From NCBI RefSeq assembly GCF_009914755.1, contig NC_060928.1: a stretch of 64,000 nt of DNA, one strand, 5' to 3'. This document shows, in pieces, positions 11,451 to 25,850 of the stretch. The notes beneath the pieces were generated by a model, which saw only the letters and a program-made list of their open reading frames with translations, made no database searches and was not told where the DNA came from. Both the position numbers and the translations under genes were made by a program. Within the stretch, counting starts at the first letter, position 1. Every line of letters begins with the position of its first letter. The stretch comes from the human T2T-CHM13v2.0 reference genome, Homo sapiens.

Positions 11451-13154
11451 TAATACAAAATAGTAATGAGGCTTTCAAAGAATAAAAACCTAAAATATAA
11501 GTCTTAGACTTCACCATTAAATAAAATAGAATGAAGAAGGGAGCCAGGAAAAATATGGAAATTGCCTCATTTTGCAGGTAGACAGTCATCAAAAATGTCT
11601 TTGGGAAAGTAATCCTTTAAAATTAATCAAAAAGATATGACCATTTGAAAACATTACAAATTAAGGACAATTATGAATAAGAACATTTGAACAATAATAT
11701 GAAACAACAGTGATAAATTGTGTGTCTTAAAATCATGTAAGACCTCCTTGTTGCACTCTGGGTAAGATCTAAGTGTCTGGAAATTCCCCAGTAAGTCCAT
11801 GAAGAGCTGGTCCCAGTCCACCTACCTGTACAGCTTCCTCTCTGAGCCCTTAGACATTTCACCTGAGCTTCAGAAACCCTGAGTTGCTTGTGCTCCCTCA
11901 TCATATTCTGCTTCGCTCTCTTAGTTTGCATGTGGTTTTCCTTGTGTTACTGTTATTCTTTCCTCTCTCATTTCTCTATCCCTTGCCTTACTTCTGCCAG
12001 ACTTTCAGTTTACTCTCTGGAGTGACATGCACAGAGATTTCCTGGGCAGTCTCAGAGTGGATGGAGAGCCCCGCTTTCTGCATGTGCATCTGTGATTTTA
12101 CTTAACACTTTGGACAGTAATTGTCTGTTGATGATTTATAAGATTCTTAAGAAATATAAAAAAGACCCTGTTTTGTTTATCTGGGTGACCCCAGTGCTTA
12201 CTACATATCTGGGTGGCAAATAATTACTGCATACAAAACAACCTTTCAACAGAATCTCTCTCTCTCTCTGGCCACCCAGATTACCTATTGGAACTCTCAT
12301 TGTTGCTACCATTATTCTGAGATGCCTTATCTGAAGCTTATTGAAAGAACTGTGCATCCTTAGGCTGTTTTCAAATATCTAAATGGCAGTCATTTTGGTC
12401 AGAATGGACTAATTTATTTTGCTAGAAATTGTCAAGAGCAAATAAAACCTACGTCAAACTGTATTATTTATTTACCATTGCTTTAAATAGGAGATAAAGT
12501 TTTGTCCCAGGAACAATATAACTGTAGCCATTTTAGTTTGTATTTAATGCATGTTCCTGTGCCCTGGCTATTATGAAATCACAGTGCTTTCCCGTGCTGG
12601 GTATAGGTTAATTTCAATCTTCATCTGTTTTTCCCTGTAGGATTTCCTGAATCTTAAAACAAATAAATAGGTGGAGTTTTCATTTGAATGGTGGTATTTG
12701 AGATAAATATTTAGGTTCTAATGAATTTTAATGAATCTAAATCTGCAGTCCAGGTTTGCTAAGAGAGAATCATAAAATACATAAACTAGCTATTGAGAGG
12801 GGTGGGTAGGTGTAGAGTCTGATTATTTGGGAGACATTTGATGAATTAGGACTGGAAGAAAAACAAATTTCCAACACCATGATTTTATAGAACTGTCGTA
12901 AGGAAAGAAGTATCATTAAAAAAAAAAAAAAACTTCCTGATAAGAAATAGGATGACAAAGTAATGGTTTTTATTTTTTTTATTTTGTTTTATTTTTAAAC
13001 TGTGAGATTCACTCCAGGAAATGCTCGGAGGTTTAGATGTGATGACTTAGGGGACTTTGTTTATTCTGCAGTGTGGGAGAAGAGAAAGAGGAGACCGGGG
13101 AGAGGAGGTTCAGAAAAGTGCAGACACAAATAGCCAGTGATATGATGATGCTAA

Positions 13155-13345
13155 TATTTATTGGGAGTTCACTGTGGGGCACGCCCACACCAAGTGCTGG
13201 ATGGGAACTTTCTCATTTAATATGCACATAGCCCTGTGTGGAGATGGTACTATTCTTTCCATTTCAATATGAGGAAAGAGGATCAGAGTGTAATTTACTG
13301 GCTGAGAAATGGCCAATAAGTAGCAGAGTCTTGACTTTAAATCCA
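13155..13345 (-). mobile_element. MIR
   Basis: tttattggg..tctcatttaat..atatgaggaaa..agtagcagag. Confidence 0.7.
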
Positions 13346-14344
13346 GCTGTGGCCTAGCTAGCTGCAAGTTTTTCTCAGCAGGCTGGAACACAAACCAGGG
13401 CTTTGAACATTCCCAGAACATTCCCAAAACATTTCCATTCTCACTTGAAAGTGTGGACCACTAACCACTAAGCTATGCAAACTTGGATGAGTATTTAAAA
13501 GTGTGGAGGAAGTAATGGCATTTAGGAAGAGGAACAATTTGAAGGAAATGAAGGGCAGAATATTCTCCCGTAAAAATTCTGCATTAAACTGGGCATATTA
13601 GTAATGTTTCTGTTGATCATTTGTTTAAAAATTTCAAAGAGAAACTTTTTTGTTTAAATAATCCATGAATTAGCAGGAAAGAAAAGAACATGGATTTTTA
13701 AAATTAAATCTGTCAAGAAAATGTATAGATGCTCATGTTATGGATTAATACCTCTGGTATGCTAATTGTCTTATTCTCTTGTGGTCCCCAAGAACATGGA
13801 GATTATTGTATCTAATACAGAAGCATGTGTGATTATCTGCAAAGTGTTCCCAGGTGCCCAGTAAGGTCGGTTAATAACGCATGGTGTGAACGGAGCACAG
13901 CGGTGAGAAATGGTGTGTGTCTGTCTTCCAGGTTAACTAGGCTGCAAGGAATCATTCTCCAAGACAGGCTCTGTTTTGCTTTCCTTTTATTTCTCCTTCA
14001 TTATTAGAATGACAATAATAACATGAAGAGCTCTGAAATTTGACCCTGGAGACACTGAGATCACCTGAAATTATTTGCAATATTTCGTGTTCTGTGCAGT
14101 CTTTTCCTGTCTCAGTAGGAAAACTTATTAAGAGAGACACAAATCCCTGTTGAAAAAGTTTGTGAAGCAAGTCATGTGCTTACAAGCCCCATGAAGATAT
14201 GACTAAGAGAGGATTATGTCAAATAAACTATAGTCAGGCTTCCTACAAAGCATCTCAAAGATTCTACAACTTCCGAATTCCTCCTTTCTGTTTCTCCCAA
14301 GAACTCTAGTTTCTGAATTTCTCACCTCTCTCTCCCCCTCCCAT

Positions 14345-14394
14345 AAACACACACATGCGGACACACACACACACACACACACACATCACACACA
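14345..14394. repeat. (CA)n microsatellite
   Basis: Direct reading of the sequence. Confidence 0.9.
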
Positions 14395-14436
14395 CCTTTA
14401 AAACTACTCCTTCCATCTAGCGTTTTACCTTGAGAT

Positions 14437-15220
14437 TAAGCACAGTGTGTAGAGGATAGGAAAATATTTTGAAGTCTAAACTGTTGCATTCGAATCCCAT
14501 CTACACAGTTCCTATCTATGTGGCCTTGCTCGGTGTAACTAAAATCTCTGCACATCAGTAGCGTCATCTGTGAAATGGGAACTATGAAAGTCCCTTGTAG
14601 GGTCCCCAGTTCCTCCCACTTTTTTTCTGTGTACTGACTAAAAATCACAGAGTGCCTTGACCTCTCTGTGACATAGCCCGCTGCAAATTCTTCCCAGCAG
14701 GCTCGAACTCAAACCAGGGCCTCGAACATTCTCCAGGCACTAAACATTCCCAAGGTCTTAAACATTCCCAGACACTACAAACATTCACAGGCATCTAGGT
14801 TGTTGCCCAAAACACTATAAGAATCTAGCCACAGCCCCAAGCAAATTCCAGCGTACAGAGCTCATATAAGCTCTACGCACTGACCCCTTGCTGCACACCT
14901 ACCTGGGTAGAACATGCCTTTTCTCTCGTGGTTCATCACAAGGTTTGCTGTGACCCACTCTGTATGTAAGTTCCTTTAATAAATGCCTTGGACGGATCAC
15001 CCTGGCTGTTAGTGCTTCATTTTTTGGAATCTCAACCGGCCCCATCTTGAGATTGTTTGTGGCACTGTCTTGTAGGAATTCTCCTGTTGTTGCTTTTGGG
15101 TGGTTCCAGCTGCAGGTTTAGTGGAATATTCCTATTTTGCTGGCTTCACCCACATGAGTGAATGCGGGTGAAGCCCTCGGAGCAGTGCGTGGCATGTAGT
15201 CAACATGCCTTAACTGCGAA
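14437..15220 (+). mobile_element. MIR split by an LTR (14437-14595 and 15129-15220)
   Basis: ttcgaatccc..catctgtgaaatggg before the LTR; agcagtgcgtggcatgtagt after it. Confidence 0.7.
14596..15128 (+). mobile_element. ERVL-class solo LTR (MER54/LTR47-like)
   Basis: Starts tgtagggtcccc; cacagagtgccttgacc; aataaa near 14978; approximate 5-bp TSD tccct/ttcct; interrupts a MIR. Confidence 0.7.
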
Positions 15221-15317
15221 CCACCTTGATGCTACCCAAGAAACGTCATCATGAGCAGAGCTTGCTGTTGCAAGTTCAGAGGAGTGATGACTTTTCTTAT
15301 GAGGAATGTTTAGGCAC

Positions 15318-15707
15318 TATTTTTGGCTGAATTGTGTCTTCCCAAAATATATATGTTGGAGTTCTAACCTCCAGCGCCTCAGAGTGTGACTGTGTTTGAA
15401 GATAGGATCCATAAGGAGGTAATTGAATTAAAATAGGGTCATTAGGGTAAGCCCTAATCTAAGATGACTGGTGCCCTTGTAAGAAGAGGTTAGGACACAG
15501 ACATATATAGAAGAAATGTCACACGAGAACACGGGGAAAAGGTTGCTGCTGTATGCAAACTAAGGAGAGAGGTCTTGGAAGAAGCCAGCACAACTGGCAT
15601 CTTGATCTCAGACCCCTAGCCTCTAGAACTGCAAGAAATTAAATTTTCATTGTTTAAGCCACTCAGTCTGTAAGATGTTGTTATGGCAGGCCTAGGAAAC
15701 TAACACA
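15318..15707 (+). mobile_element. MLT1B MaLR solo LTR
   Basis: ggctgaattgtgtc..gttatggcaggcctaggaaactaacaca; TSD ggcac/agcac. Confidence 0.85.
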
Positions 15708-15909
15708 AGCACCAAGGTTTCTGTTTTTTAATTCTCTTTTTGAGAAAAAAATAATACACAGTGAAGTGTACAAAACATAAATGTAGAGCTTTCTAAATAT
15801 TATAAAGCTAAAGCACATATAACCACCTTCCAGGGTCTCCTTCCTTTATCTTCTTTTAAATGAACAATGCCATTTGTTTTTGTTTTTATTATCATTTAAA
15901 AAGTTTTCT

Positions 15910-16363
<454 letters not shown>

Positions 16364-16539
16364 TCATTGTGTGTGGTTATTGCTTGATCTTCATTTTGCA
16401 ATCTACAATTAAGTTCTCTGAAAGTGCAGGGTAACAGGTAAAGAGGAAAGAAGCAAAGTTGAAGTTTCTGCCCGTCTCTATAATTCAGTTTCTAGAAAAA
16501 GATTCATAAACAACTATTAATTTTGAATCTGGCTTTATT

Positions 16540-17360
16540 CATTACATTCACAAGTTTCATGTACACTGTTGCATAGGCCTTTATTTTATTCATTTTCTTT
16601 GCTGTGTAAAATGCCATTTTATAAGTACAGTGTATTTATACATTCAACTATTAATGGACACTTATGTTTTTTCTGATCTGTGTTATTGATAATCAGATTT
16701 CAATAATTTTGTTCAAGCATGCATTCTGAGTGCACATGCGATCAGTTTTCTAGGGTATATACTTGGAAATGGGATTGATTGCCAGGTCACTAGATAAGGC
16801 CAAGAATTTTCCAAAATAGTTTTCTCAAGAGACACTCTCTTCTTCAGTGAGTTAAATGTTCCTCCCCAACAGTTGATATTGTTTTTTCTTTCTCTTTTAG
16901 CCATTTTGGTGGGGACATAATATCTCTCTCTGGTTTAATTTGCATTTCCCTGAGTAATAATGAGATTGAACACCTTTCTATGTTTTTATTAGCCATTTGA
17001 ATTTTCTCTTTAATTAAATGTCCATTCACATCTTAATACTTCTCTTTTGTTTTTCATCTTTTATTGACTGATCATCTGCCTTTATAGATTCCAGAAACAA
17101 GTAACTCTTCAGTTATATGTGTTGCAAAAATGCTCTCCCTTTCTGTGGCTTACCTTTTTCATTCTTTAGTGATATATTTTAGTAATAGAAATTCTTACTT
17201 TTAATGCAGTTAGTCTTAACAATCTCTCTTTTGTTTGCATCGTGGTTAAGAAAGGATTCTCTGCCCTGAATCCATTAAGCTATTTCTCAAGATTGTCTTC
17301 CAAAAGTATTATTTTGATATCATTCACATTTAGGTTTTAGGGTGGATTGGAATTTTGTCC
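16540..17360 (-). mobile_element. Old L1 (L1ME-like), ORF2 3' region
   Basis: The minus-strand ORF MNGHLIKEKIQMANKNIERCSISLLLREMQIK is homologous to the L1 ORF2 C-terminus. Confidence 0.8.
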
Positions 17361-17389
17361 AGAAAAGTTTCACTCCTCTGCCCCTTCCC

Positions 17390-17695
17390 TTAAGGGTGCA
17401 CAGACCTGACTGATAGAATGCAAGTGGGGGTGACATGAGCAAGGAAAGCTTTACATGTGCTTGGAGGGTGCTTCCTTGTCCCCAGCTTGGGTAGCAGGTG
17501 ATGGAAGGAGGATGGCAGATGTATGAAACACAGCTGGAGTTGACCCACATCCTGGATACGAACCCAGCAACCTTAGCCAAGAGAAGCCACCACCACCACC
17601 TGTAGAACTGAGCTAGAAATGTATTACTGCTATTAGGCACTTAGTTTTATGGTGATTTGTTTGCTATGCTATTGTAGCAATAGCCAAGTGACAGC
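17390..17695 (+). mobile_element. Old MLT1-family LTR fragment
   Basis: 3' end gtgatttgtttgctatgctattgtagcaatagccaagtgaca is typical of MLT1. Confidence 0.5.
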
Positions 17696-17935
17696 GCATC
17701 TGAATCCAGCACCAGGTAGATTGGGGCCTGTCAGGGACTCTACCCCTATAGTCCTTACAGGTCATCCAAGTCACCAATATTACAACTTCATCTCTTACTT
17801 TCCTCTTCCAGGATAGAAACTTGGCCCAAGATAAAGGCAACTCAATGCTAGGCTCACATGTCTGGGTTCTAGACCTTTGTTGAACTTGGCTTGGTAATTC
17901 CTCACCAACTTTTTAGCCTTGTGATGCCTAAGATG

Positions 17936-18985
17936 ATTTTTAATAGGCTTTATTTTATAGAGCAGTTTTAGGTTTACAGCAAATTTGAAAGAAAAATATA
18001 AAGAGTTCCTATATACCCCTAGCCACCACATATGTATAGCCTACCTCATTATCAATATCCCCCACCAGAGCGAAATATTTGTTACAATTGATGAACTTAC
18101 ACTGATACATCATTATCACTCAAAGATGATAGTTTATATGAGGGTCCACTATTGGTGTGGTACATCATATGGATTTGGACAAATGTATAATGACATGTAT
18201 CCACTTCCATAGAATCACACAGAGCAGTTTCGCTGCACTAATAATTTTCTTTGCTCTGTCCATCCATCCCTCCTGCCTCTTTAACCCTTGGCAACCACCT
18301 ACTTTTCTGCTTTCTCCATAGTTTGGACATTTCCAGAATGTCATATAGTTGTAATCACACAGTAAGAAGTCTTCAGATTGACTTACTTCAGTAAGTAATA
18401 TACATTCACATTTCCTCCATGCCTTTTCATGCTTGTTTGTTCATTTCTTTTCGATGTTGAATAATATTCCATTGTCTGCATGTACTACAGTTTATTTATC
18501 TATTCATTCACCTACTGAAGGTCATCTTGTTTGCTTTCAAATTTGAGCAATTATAAATAAGCTGCAATAAACATCTATGTGAAGATTTTTGTGTGAATGT
18601 AAGTTTTCAATTCTTTGGGGGTGAATGCATAGGAGTATGATTTTTGGATCTTATGGTAAGAATATGTTTAGTTTTGTAAAAATCTGCCAAATTGTCTTCA
18701 AAGTGGACTACCATTTTGTATTCCCACGAGCAATGAAGAATTCCCAGTGCTCCACATTCTCACCAGAATTTGGTGCTGTCAGTTTTTTAGATTTTGGTCA
18801 TTCTGATAGGTGTGCGATGGTATCTCATTGTTTTAATTTGCATTTCCCTGATGATATATGATGTGGAGCATCTTTTTATAAGCTTATTTGCTTTCTCTAT
18901 ATCTTCTTTGGTGAGGCATCTGTTAAGGTCTTTGGCCCTTTTATTAATTGGGTTGCTTGCTTTCTTCTTGTTGATGAATTTTTAA
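17936..18985 (-). mobile_element. L1MC1/2-like 3' end
   Basis: tagagcagttttaggtttacagcaaa..gttacaattgatgaac..; continues into the ORF2 C-terminal reverse complement. Confidence 0.85.
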
Positions 18986-19219
18986 ATTCTAATTTCAAGC
19001 TTTCTTCATTGTTTTTATGGAGATTATTTATTTCAATTACCTAGCCCATTGCTACTAGAAGAGCAAATAAGGAGGAATAGCTCTTTCACTTGTTTTGGAA
19101 GAACATCTTAAAACAGATCCCTCAAAAAACTAACCATGTGGCCATCCATTGTTTTGTCATATATTTCTAATGGGACTCTGCCTCCCTTCTCTCTCAAATA
19201 TTTTCACTCTGGTTATGCC

Positions 19220-19650
19220 AGAGAAATCCTTCTGGCATGTGAACATGTCATGATCTCTGCTCATTACAACCTCAACACTCCCACTACATATGGTTGAAGT
19301 CAGCTTTTGAGGCACATTGTTCACAACTTGTAGCTCTACAGTTTGCCCCTGAGCTATATTTCTAGCCTCATCCCACACAGGTTTTTTTTAGTGCATTCTT
19401 TATCCACCAAAACAATTACTTATACTGTCTCCTCCCACCCCCCACAGGAAACCAGGATACATTCTCAGATCTCTGTGCCATATAGTGATTCTACATCTGA
19501 AGTAAGTTCCCATCATTTTATAGTTGGTGAACTTCAAGGCTTAGTTTAAATATTGCATCACCTTTGAAGATCTCCCTTCATCTGAAGGCCAAATTTCCAT
19601 TCCTTTTATCCACGTTGCATTGTGAACATTTGTTTTTATAAGTAGTGTTT
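19220..19650 (+). mobile_element. L2 fragment
   Basis: catgtcatgatctctgctc..ttcaaggcttagtttaaatattgcatcacctttgaag. Confidence 0.5.
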
Positions 19651-20189
19651 TGTTTTGATTGCTATGGCCCATAGCTATTTTCCCCAGTTTGGTGGTCTAA
19701 AGAGGAAAAGAGAAATTGCAGAGAGAATTAAATGCAGTGAATTAGTTACACAAATAATGAAAGAGGTAAGGAACCTAAGAGAGGGTGATAAGGAACCCAC
19801 AGATTAGCATCAGCGCGAGTCTGGAGTCACAGAGGTGAGCGGTGTCTGGGGGTTGAAACCTCCAGTGGAAGCTGAGCCCAAGATGGCCCTGTCCACTGGA
19901 GCTGGAGTTCAGGGCCTCCAGCTGCTGCCAGGGGTGTTAACTAAGGTGGGGAAGAAGGTGGGAGTGAGAACACTCTGACTTTCCCTTTGTCTCACTCTCC
20001 TGTCTAGTGAAGGTGAGCCTCCTGTCAAACTCAGCTGGACGTATACAGATGTGGAGGCAGATGAGTCTCCCTGTACCATATGAAAAAAAGGAAAGGGATG
20101 GATTAAAAACACAGGAGAACAGAGCAGGCACATTATCTCTGGTGGCATCTCCCAGGCATTCTATCATTCTTATTATGGAATTGGGGTCT

Positions 20190-22060
20190 AAAACAAGGTA
20201 AAATTCACATTCAGTAAAATGTAGCCACATTAAATGTGCAGATTGAACATTTTTATGTGTATATACAGCTATGCAGCCACCACCCAGATCAAGGTATTCG
20301 GTATATCTGTTATCCCACAAGGCCCCTCTTACTCTTTCCAAATCGAACACAGTCACCGGAAGTCAACATTCTTCTGGCTTCTATTTCTATAGACTCTTTT
20401 GCTTATTATTCAATATCACATAAATAGTGTCAAACAATGTGTGTATCACTTTGTCTGGTATCTTTGGTCTAATGAACAGTTTTTGAGACTCATCCAGATT
20501 GTCACATGTATCAATAACTTTTTTTATTGCTGTGTAGTATTCCATTGTCTGGATATAATACAACTTACTTCATTCCCCTTTTGATAGAAATTTGAATGAA
20601 TTCTGGTTTTTAACTATCGTAAGTATAGCCACTGTGAAAATTGTTATACATCTATTTTGGTGGATGTTTCAGTTTGCATTCTCCAGAAACAAATGCTGAG
20701 ATGAGGATAAGAATGCAGGAAGTTTATTATGAAAAGAAAAGGAGAAAAATGAACAAAAACAGAACTGGAAGTGGGGAAGTTTGGTATTATATCTTCCAAA
20801 AAGGCTTAAAAGAATCCATCAACAGAATCACCCAGGCCTTAAGTTTTCCTTATAAGAGGGTTTTAATTAAAAATAAAATTTCTTAATAGATATAATGCTA
20901 TTGGTATTTATTAAATACTTTTTCCGTGTTTTAATAATGTTTTTTATAAATTTATCCCATTTCTGAAAATATTCAAGTACATTTTTATACAATTGTATAT
21001 GATATTGTCTTATTATAATTTTAATATCTGTGGAATATATATGATGTCCCCCTTTTCATTCCTAATATTGGTAATTAATATTTTCTCTCTTTTTTTCTTG
21101 ATGATTCCAAGGGCTTGTCAATTTAATGCATTTCTTCAGAGAATCATTTTTAGATAATGGCTACTTTTTAATAAATAAGTACTATCTAAATCTGAAATTT
21201 AAAAATGGTAGTATTATCTGATTTATAAATATTAGAGATTCATAACAAAAAATATGAAAAAACATTGGTGTGGAAGAGACATGAGATTGTTTCTATGCTT
21301 GATAACCATAGTCATAAAGCTTGATCTTTTGAAAGTACGTATTGTATTAATTTGAAAATAAAAATAATTATTCAATGAAATGATGAATCTTAATAGTATT
21401 TCCCTTATAGGCTGTTGTGAGAATTAAAGAAGATAAAGCATTCACAGTGCTTAGCATAATATAGGATTTCAATAAATCATAGCCATTTTATATGATATTT
21501 TTTACATAAACATAAAAACATTAATGCAAATCTACATATGAGAAAAATTTTACCTCCCAAACACATTACATAGTGTTTATTTGTCTTTGTTCTCTTTCAA
21601 TTTTTACTCCTCCAGACACATAATTTTCACATAGCAAGAAAAATAATTTACATGTGTGTTTGTATTCTTAAACATCATATCAATTAAACTTTTCATGTCT
21701 CAATAGTTATGTTAGTCAGTGTTTTATCTCCCAGTTGACAAATGTGCCACAACTTATTCATAATTGTCCTATTGAAGAATATTTCCATATTTTTTGGCTA
21801 TTGTAAATGGTGCTTCAATAAACACTTTTAAATATACAGTACTTTTGGCTTTAGGATAATTTTATTCATCTGAATTCTCAGAAGTGAAATGACTACTTCA
21901 AATGATATGACTGTACACATTGTCATTAATAATTAACTTCCATGTTTCTTTCCAAAACAGTTTTGACAATTTATATCACCAGTAATATCTGAATATATTG
22001 ATTTCAGCAAAACTTTGACAGCATTGCCTGTCATCAGCATTTTAATTTTGTGTTAACTTT
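20190..22060 (-). mobile_element. Patchwork of old L1ME fragments, with a MIR piece at about 21380-21490
   Basis: ggtaaaattcacattcagtaaaatg..; atgtcccccttttcattcctaatattggtaatt; ttttggctattgtaaat. Confidence 0.6.
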
Positions 22061-22479
22061 AGAAATTTGATAAAAATAATATGCTATATTCAAACCAGAA
22101 AATTGGCTAACATGGCTCAATGGACTAGATTATTATTATTATTAATATCTATAATTTCCTTGACATTAATTATCTTAAGGCATATTTATTTCTAGCACTT
22201 TTAGCGACGAATTGTAGAAGAAACACAAGTTATTTCCCATCCTAAAATTTCCTGGCCTACTTAATGGGAGGTCCCAAGCAGCTTAAAGGAGGTACATACC
22301 TTTGTGCATTATTTTTTCTCCCCTTTCCTTTCAGCAACTTTACTTTGTCTTGAACATAGGTCTTTTGTTTTCTCTAATTTCTGCTAGGTGGGTGTGTTAC
22401 ATCTGTCTATGAAGCTATCTACATATCCATCCAGATTTTTGAAAAGTCCACTTTTAAGGACAAGCTATTTTTCAGACAC

Positions 22480-23310
22480 ATCACAAACTGGTATAATCTT
22501 TCAAAAGAATTTTTTTTCCAAAACCAGAGAGTAAAAGAAAGACAAACAGTTCAAGTCATTTTATAAGGCCAATAAAACCTTCATAGCAAAGCTTGATGAA
22601 GACATTAAAAGAAAGGAAAATTATAGATCAGGATCTCATGAACATAAATACAAAGTTGTAGAGAAATCATTAGCAGTTTGAATCTTGAAAAATGTAAAAA
22701 GGATGACATGACAATAAAGTAAGGATTATTCCAAGAATGTAATATTTTAATATCAAAAAATTAGAAACAAAAAAGCAAAAATGTACAAAAATTATATAAA
22801 TCTTAAAAGAGATGAACAGTGCATTTGATAAAACTATATGTGTTCATAATTAACACCCCTAAAAATGGGTGGAAAGAAGTATTTACACAATCTTAGAGTA
22901 TCTTAAAGTAAATAAATCTAGAGCAAACATACTCCATATACTCAATAATTAAGTTGAAAATTTTCTCCTTGAAATAAAAAATGAGATAAGATACTTATAA
23001 TCACAACTTTTATTCAGTATTTTACTGGAAGTCCTAGCCAATGTAATAAGGGAGGAAAATTAAATAAATTGTTTAGGATTGAAAAGGAAGCAATAAAATT
23101 CTTATTATGTGTAGGCAGCATGATTTTATACAGACAGAATATCCAAAGGAATCTATGAAGCAATTATTAGGATTAATAAATACACTTAGCAAACCCTCTG
23201 TATAAAAAGTTATTAGAAAAATTGATTGCATTTCATATATCAGAAAGACATGGAAAAGAAAAATTAAAAGATACCATTTATAGCAATATCACAAATCATC
23301 AAATGCTTAG
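22480..23310 (+). mobile_element. Old L1 ORF2 reverse-transcriptase fragment
   Basis: tcattttataaggcc..gcatttgataaaa..tactggaagtcctagccaatg align with L1 RT motifs; frames are broken. Confidence 0.75.
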
Positions 23311-23977
23311 CATGACAGTTTTTTGCTATTGACTCTTGGTTTTAAATTCATTTTTCCATTACGTGTACTTGGACTCTGTATGTCATATTCTGATTTGCCT
23401 TCTGACTTCTTCCTGTTACACCCATGCAAGTTGTCTATAAGTGGAGCCTTTTTCAATTTGAGGGGTATTCATTAAAGAATTGACAATATATTTGTTTGTT
23501 TAACCCTGTGAAAGCCAAAGAAAACATTTCTACGAGATGACATTTTCAGCAGTCTGGAATTTGCGATACCCAGGTAAAGCTCTTATTAAGTCTTAATTAG
23601 GCTAAGGCCATGTCCTCCTAAAGGAATATTTTGCCTCCGGACTTTCTTTTCCCATGAGCATCTTCCCCTCTATTACTGGTGTCACTATCTCCTAGCACAT
23701 CCATGGAAACCAGTCATACCCCTGCCACGCGGCATTCAGGATGAAGCCTGAGCTCCTTAACTAGGCATCCAAGGCTTTTCAACATGTGATGCAAACCAAC
23801 TCCCTCTCTCCCAACTCATCATCCCCTATCCCTTCCCACAGCTTGCTCCATATGTTGCAGAATACTTAGCATTCACTGAAAAACACTTTCTCATGCTTCT
23901 ACTGCATTGTGATATCATTGCACAATTTCTTGTTTCTGGAGTGTCATTTCCTATCTTTCTACTTGTTATTCCTCTAC

Positions 23978-24363
23978 TGTATTAATTAACTTTCAGGCTG
24001 CTATGAAGAAATATCGGAGACTGAGTAATTTATAAAACAAAGAGGTTTAACTGACTCACAGTTCCGCATGGCTGGGGAGGCCTCAGGAAACTTACAATCA
24101 TGGTGGAAGGAGAAGAAAACATGTCCTTCTTCACATGGCAGCAGGAGAGAGAAGTGATGAGGGAATGGGGAAAAGCCCTGTATAAAACCATCAGATCCCA
24201 TGAGAACTCACTCACTATTACAAGGACAGCATGGGGGAACTGCTCCCATGATCTAGTCACCTCCCAAAAGGTCCCTCCCCCAACACATGGGGACATGGGG
24301 ATTACAATTTAATTTATAATTCAAGATGAGATTTGGGTGGGGACAAAGAGTCAGACCATATCA
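23978..24363 (-). mobile_element. THE1C/D MaLR solo LTR inserted in an L2 (about 23700-24600)
   Basis: tgtatta..aaagaggtttaactgactcacagttccgcatggctggggaggcctcagg..gagatttgggtggggac..accatatca. Confidence 0.88.
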
Positions 24364-25689
24364 CTTACCAAGTCTTCCTTGATGAGCATCCCTTACCAGC
24401 TATTGCAGAACTGTATCTTCATCCTCCATGATACTTTTCAAGTAAATCTTCTACAGCGCTTTCTGTACTGTCTATTGTTTACTTATGCCCTTATTTTGCT
24501 AGCTATATTCAGAGTTCCCTGAAGGTAAGGAACTGTGTCTTATTAATCATGCTATATTATTATTACTGTGATCTATAATAAATAAATACTGATTTATTGA
24601 TTAAAATGAGAAATAACATCATTTTATGGATCCTGCTGGTCTGTTCTAAATAAATGAAACTAGGTATGTGTGTCTGTGTATGGGTGTGTGACTTTCTTAA
24701 TCTTTTTGTAAGTAAAGAAGCTGGAGAGGGATGTTTCTTGGACTTTTTAATCTCAGTTCAGTTCATTTTCATGGAGGATGACCAAAAAAACCAATTTCAA
24801 TTCAACATGTATCAGTGCTCTGTGGATCTAATTTTTGTTGTTCCAGAGTTTTACACCTTGCACCCCAAACTGAATTTCAGTTTTCTGGCACGTCTATCCC
24901 TTTGATATTCTTCTGTCCTCCTTCAGTTAGAGTTTACAAAGTTGTGTGGTTTTGATTCATTAATGGCTTGCTTTATGAAGGGGGCTTACTGTGTTCAAAC
25001 TATTATTTTTTTTTTTCTTGGACTAACTTTCCAAGGTTTGGGAAAATTAAGCCAATACTTTAAGAATGAAAACTTCAGGCTTACTACATTTTCTCTCCTT
25101 TTGTATTTCCAATGTTAAAGAAAACTCTATATTCTCCCCACTCACCTAGAGAGTTTTCCTGTGTCAGAGGGCAATCAGTACTTAAGTCTGCCTCAAACAA
25201 ATCAAGGTAGAGTCACAAGAAAAACTTTGACCAGGAAGAAAAAAAAAATGAGAGATCTAGTCCCATGAAATTCCCAATTCAAATGCAAATGAAGTACATT
25301 GGATCTGTCAGACCTCTTGGGTTCTAGGCCCAGCTCTGCCACCAATGTACTGTAAGGGACAAGTCAGAAAGCTCAAGTCCTTCATAAATAAAACAAACGT
25401 GTTGAATTCAGGATGTTACGTGCCTTTCTAATTTAAAATCCTACTATTTTATGATTTGCATCTCAGATAAATGTTTATATAAAAACTTTAATGTCAGTGT
25501 ATTTGGAGAAGCCACTTGGATAGATTATAAGGAGCACAAAATATTGTATTCCTAAGATTTGAGTTTGATTCCTGACTGCTATCATCAAGATATGGAGCTT
25601 TGGACTGTCTACATAAACTCTCATATAAAATCAAGATAATACCTCTTGTCTTGCCTATCACATGAGGGACATTTAAGATTGAAAGGAGA

Positions 25690-25850
25690 AGTTGGAGGTG
25701 GTGGCCCATGTGTAGTCCCAGCTACTCAGGAGGCTGAGGCTGGAGCATTGCTTATGGCCAGGAGTTTGAGGCTGCAGTGTGCTATGATTACGTCTATGAA
25801 TAGCTACTGCACTTAGCCTGGGCAACATAGTGAGATCCCATCTAAAAAAA
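25690..25850 (+). mobile_element. FAM (fossil Alu monomer)
   Basis: Monomer retaining the 7SL-like tgctatgattacgtctatgaatagctactgcac segment and a short A tail. Confidence 0.8.

Noticed and set aside
14725-14790. Short spaced repeats (aacattc) resembling a CRISPR array
   Set aside because: 7-10 nt units inside a primate LTR, with no constant repeat or spacer length and no cas genes
19690-20160. Possible very old LTR fragment
   Set aside because: Resemblance too weak to assign a family without a search
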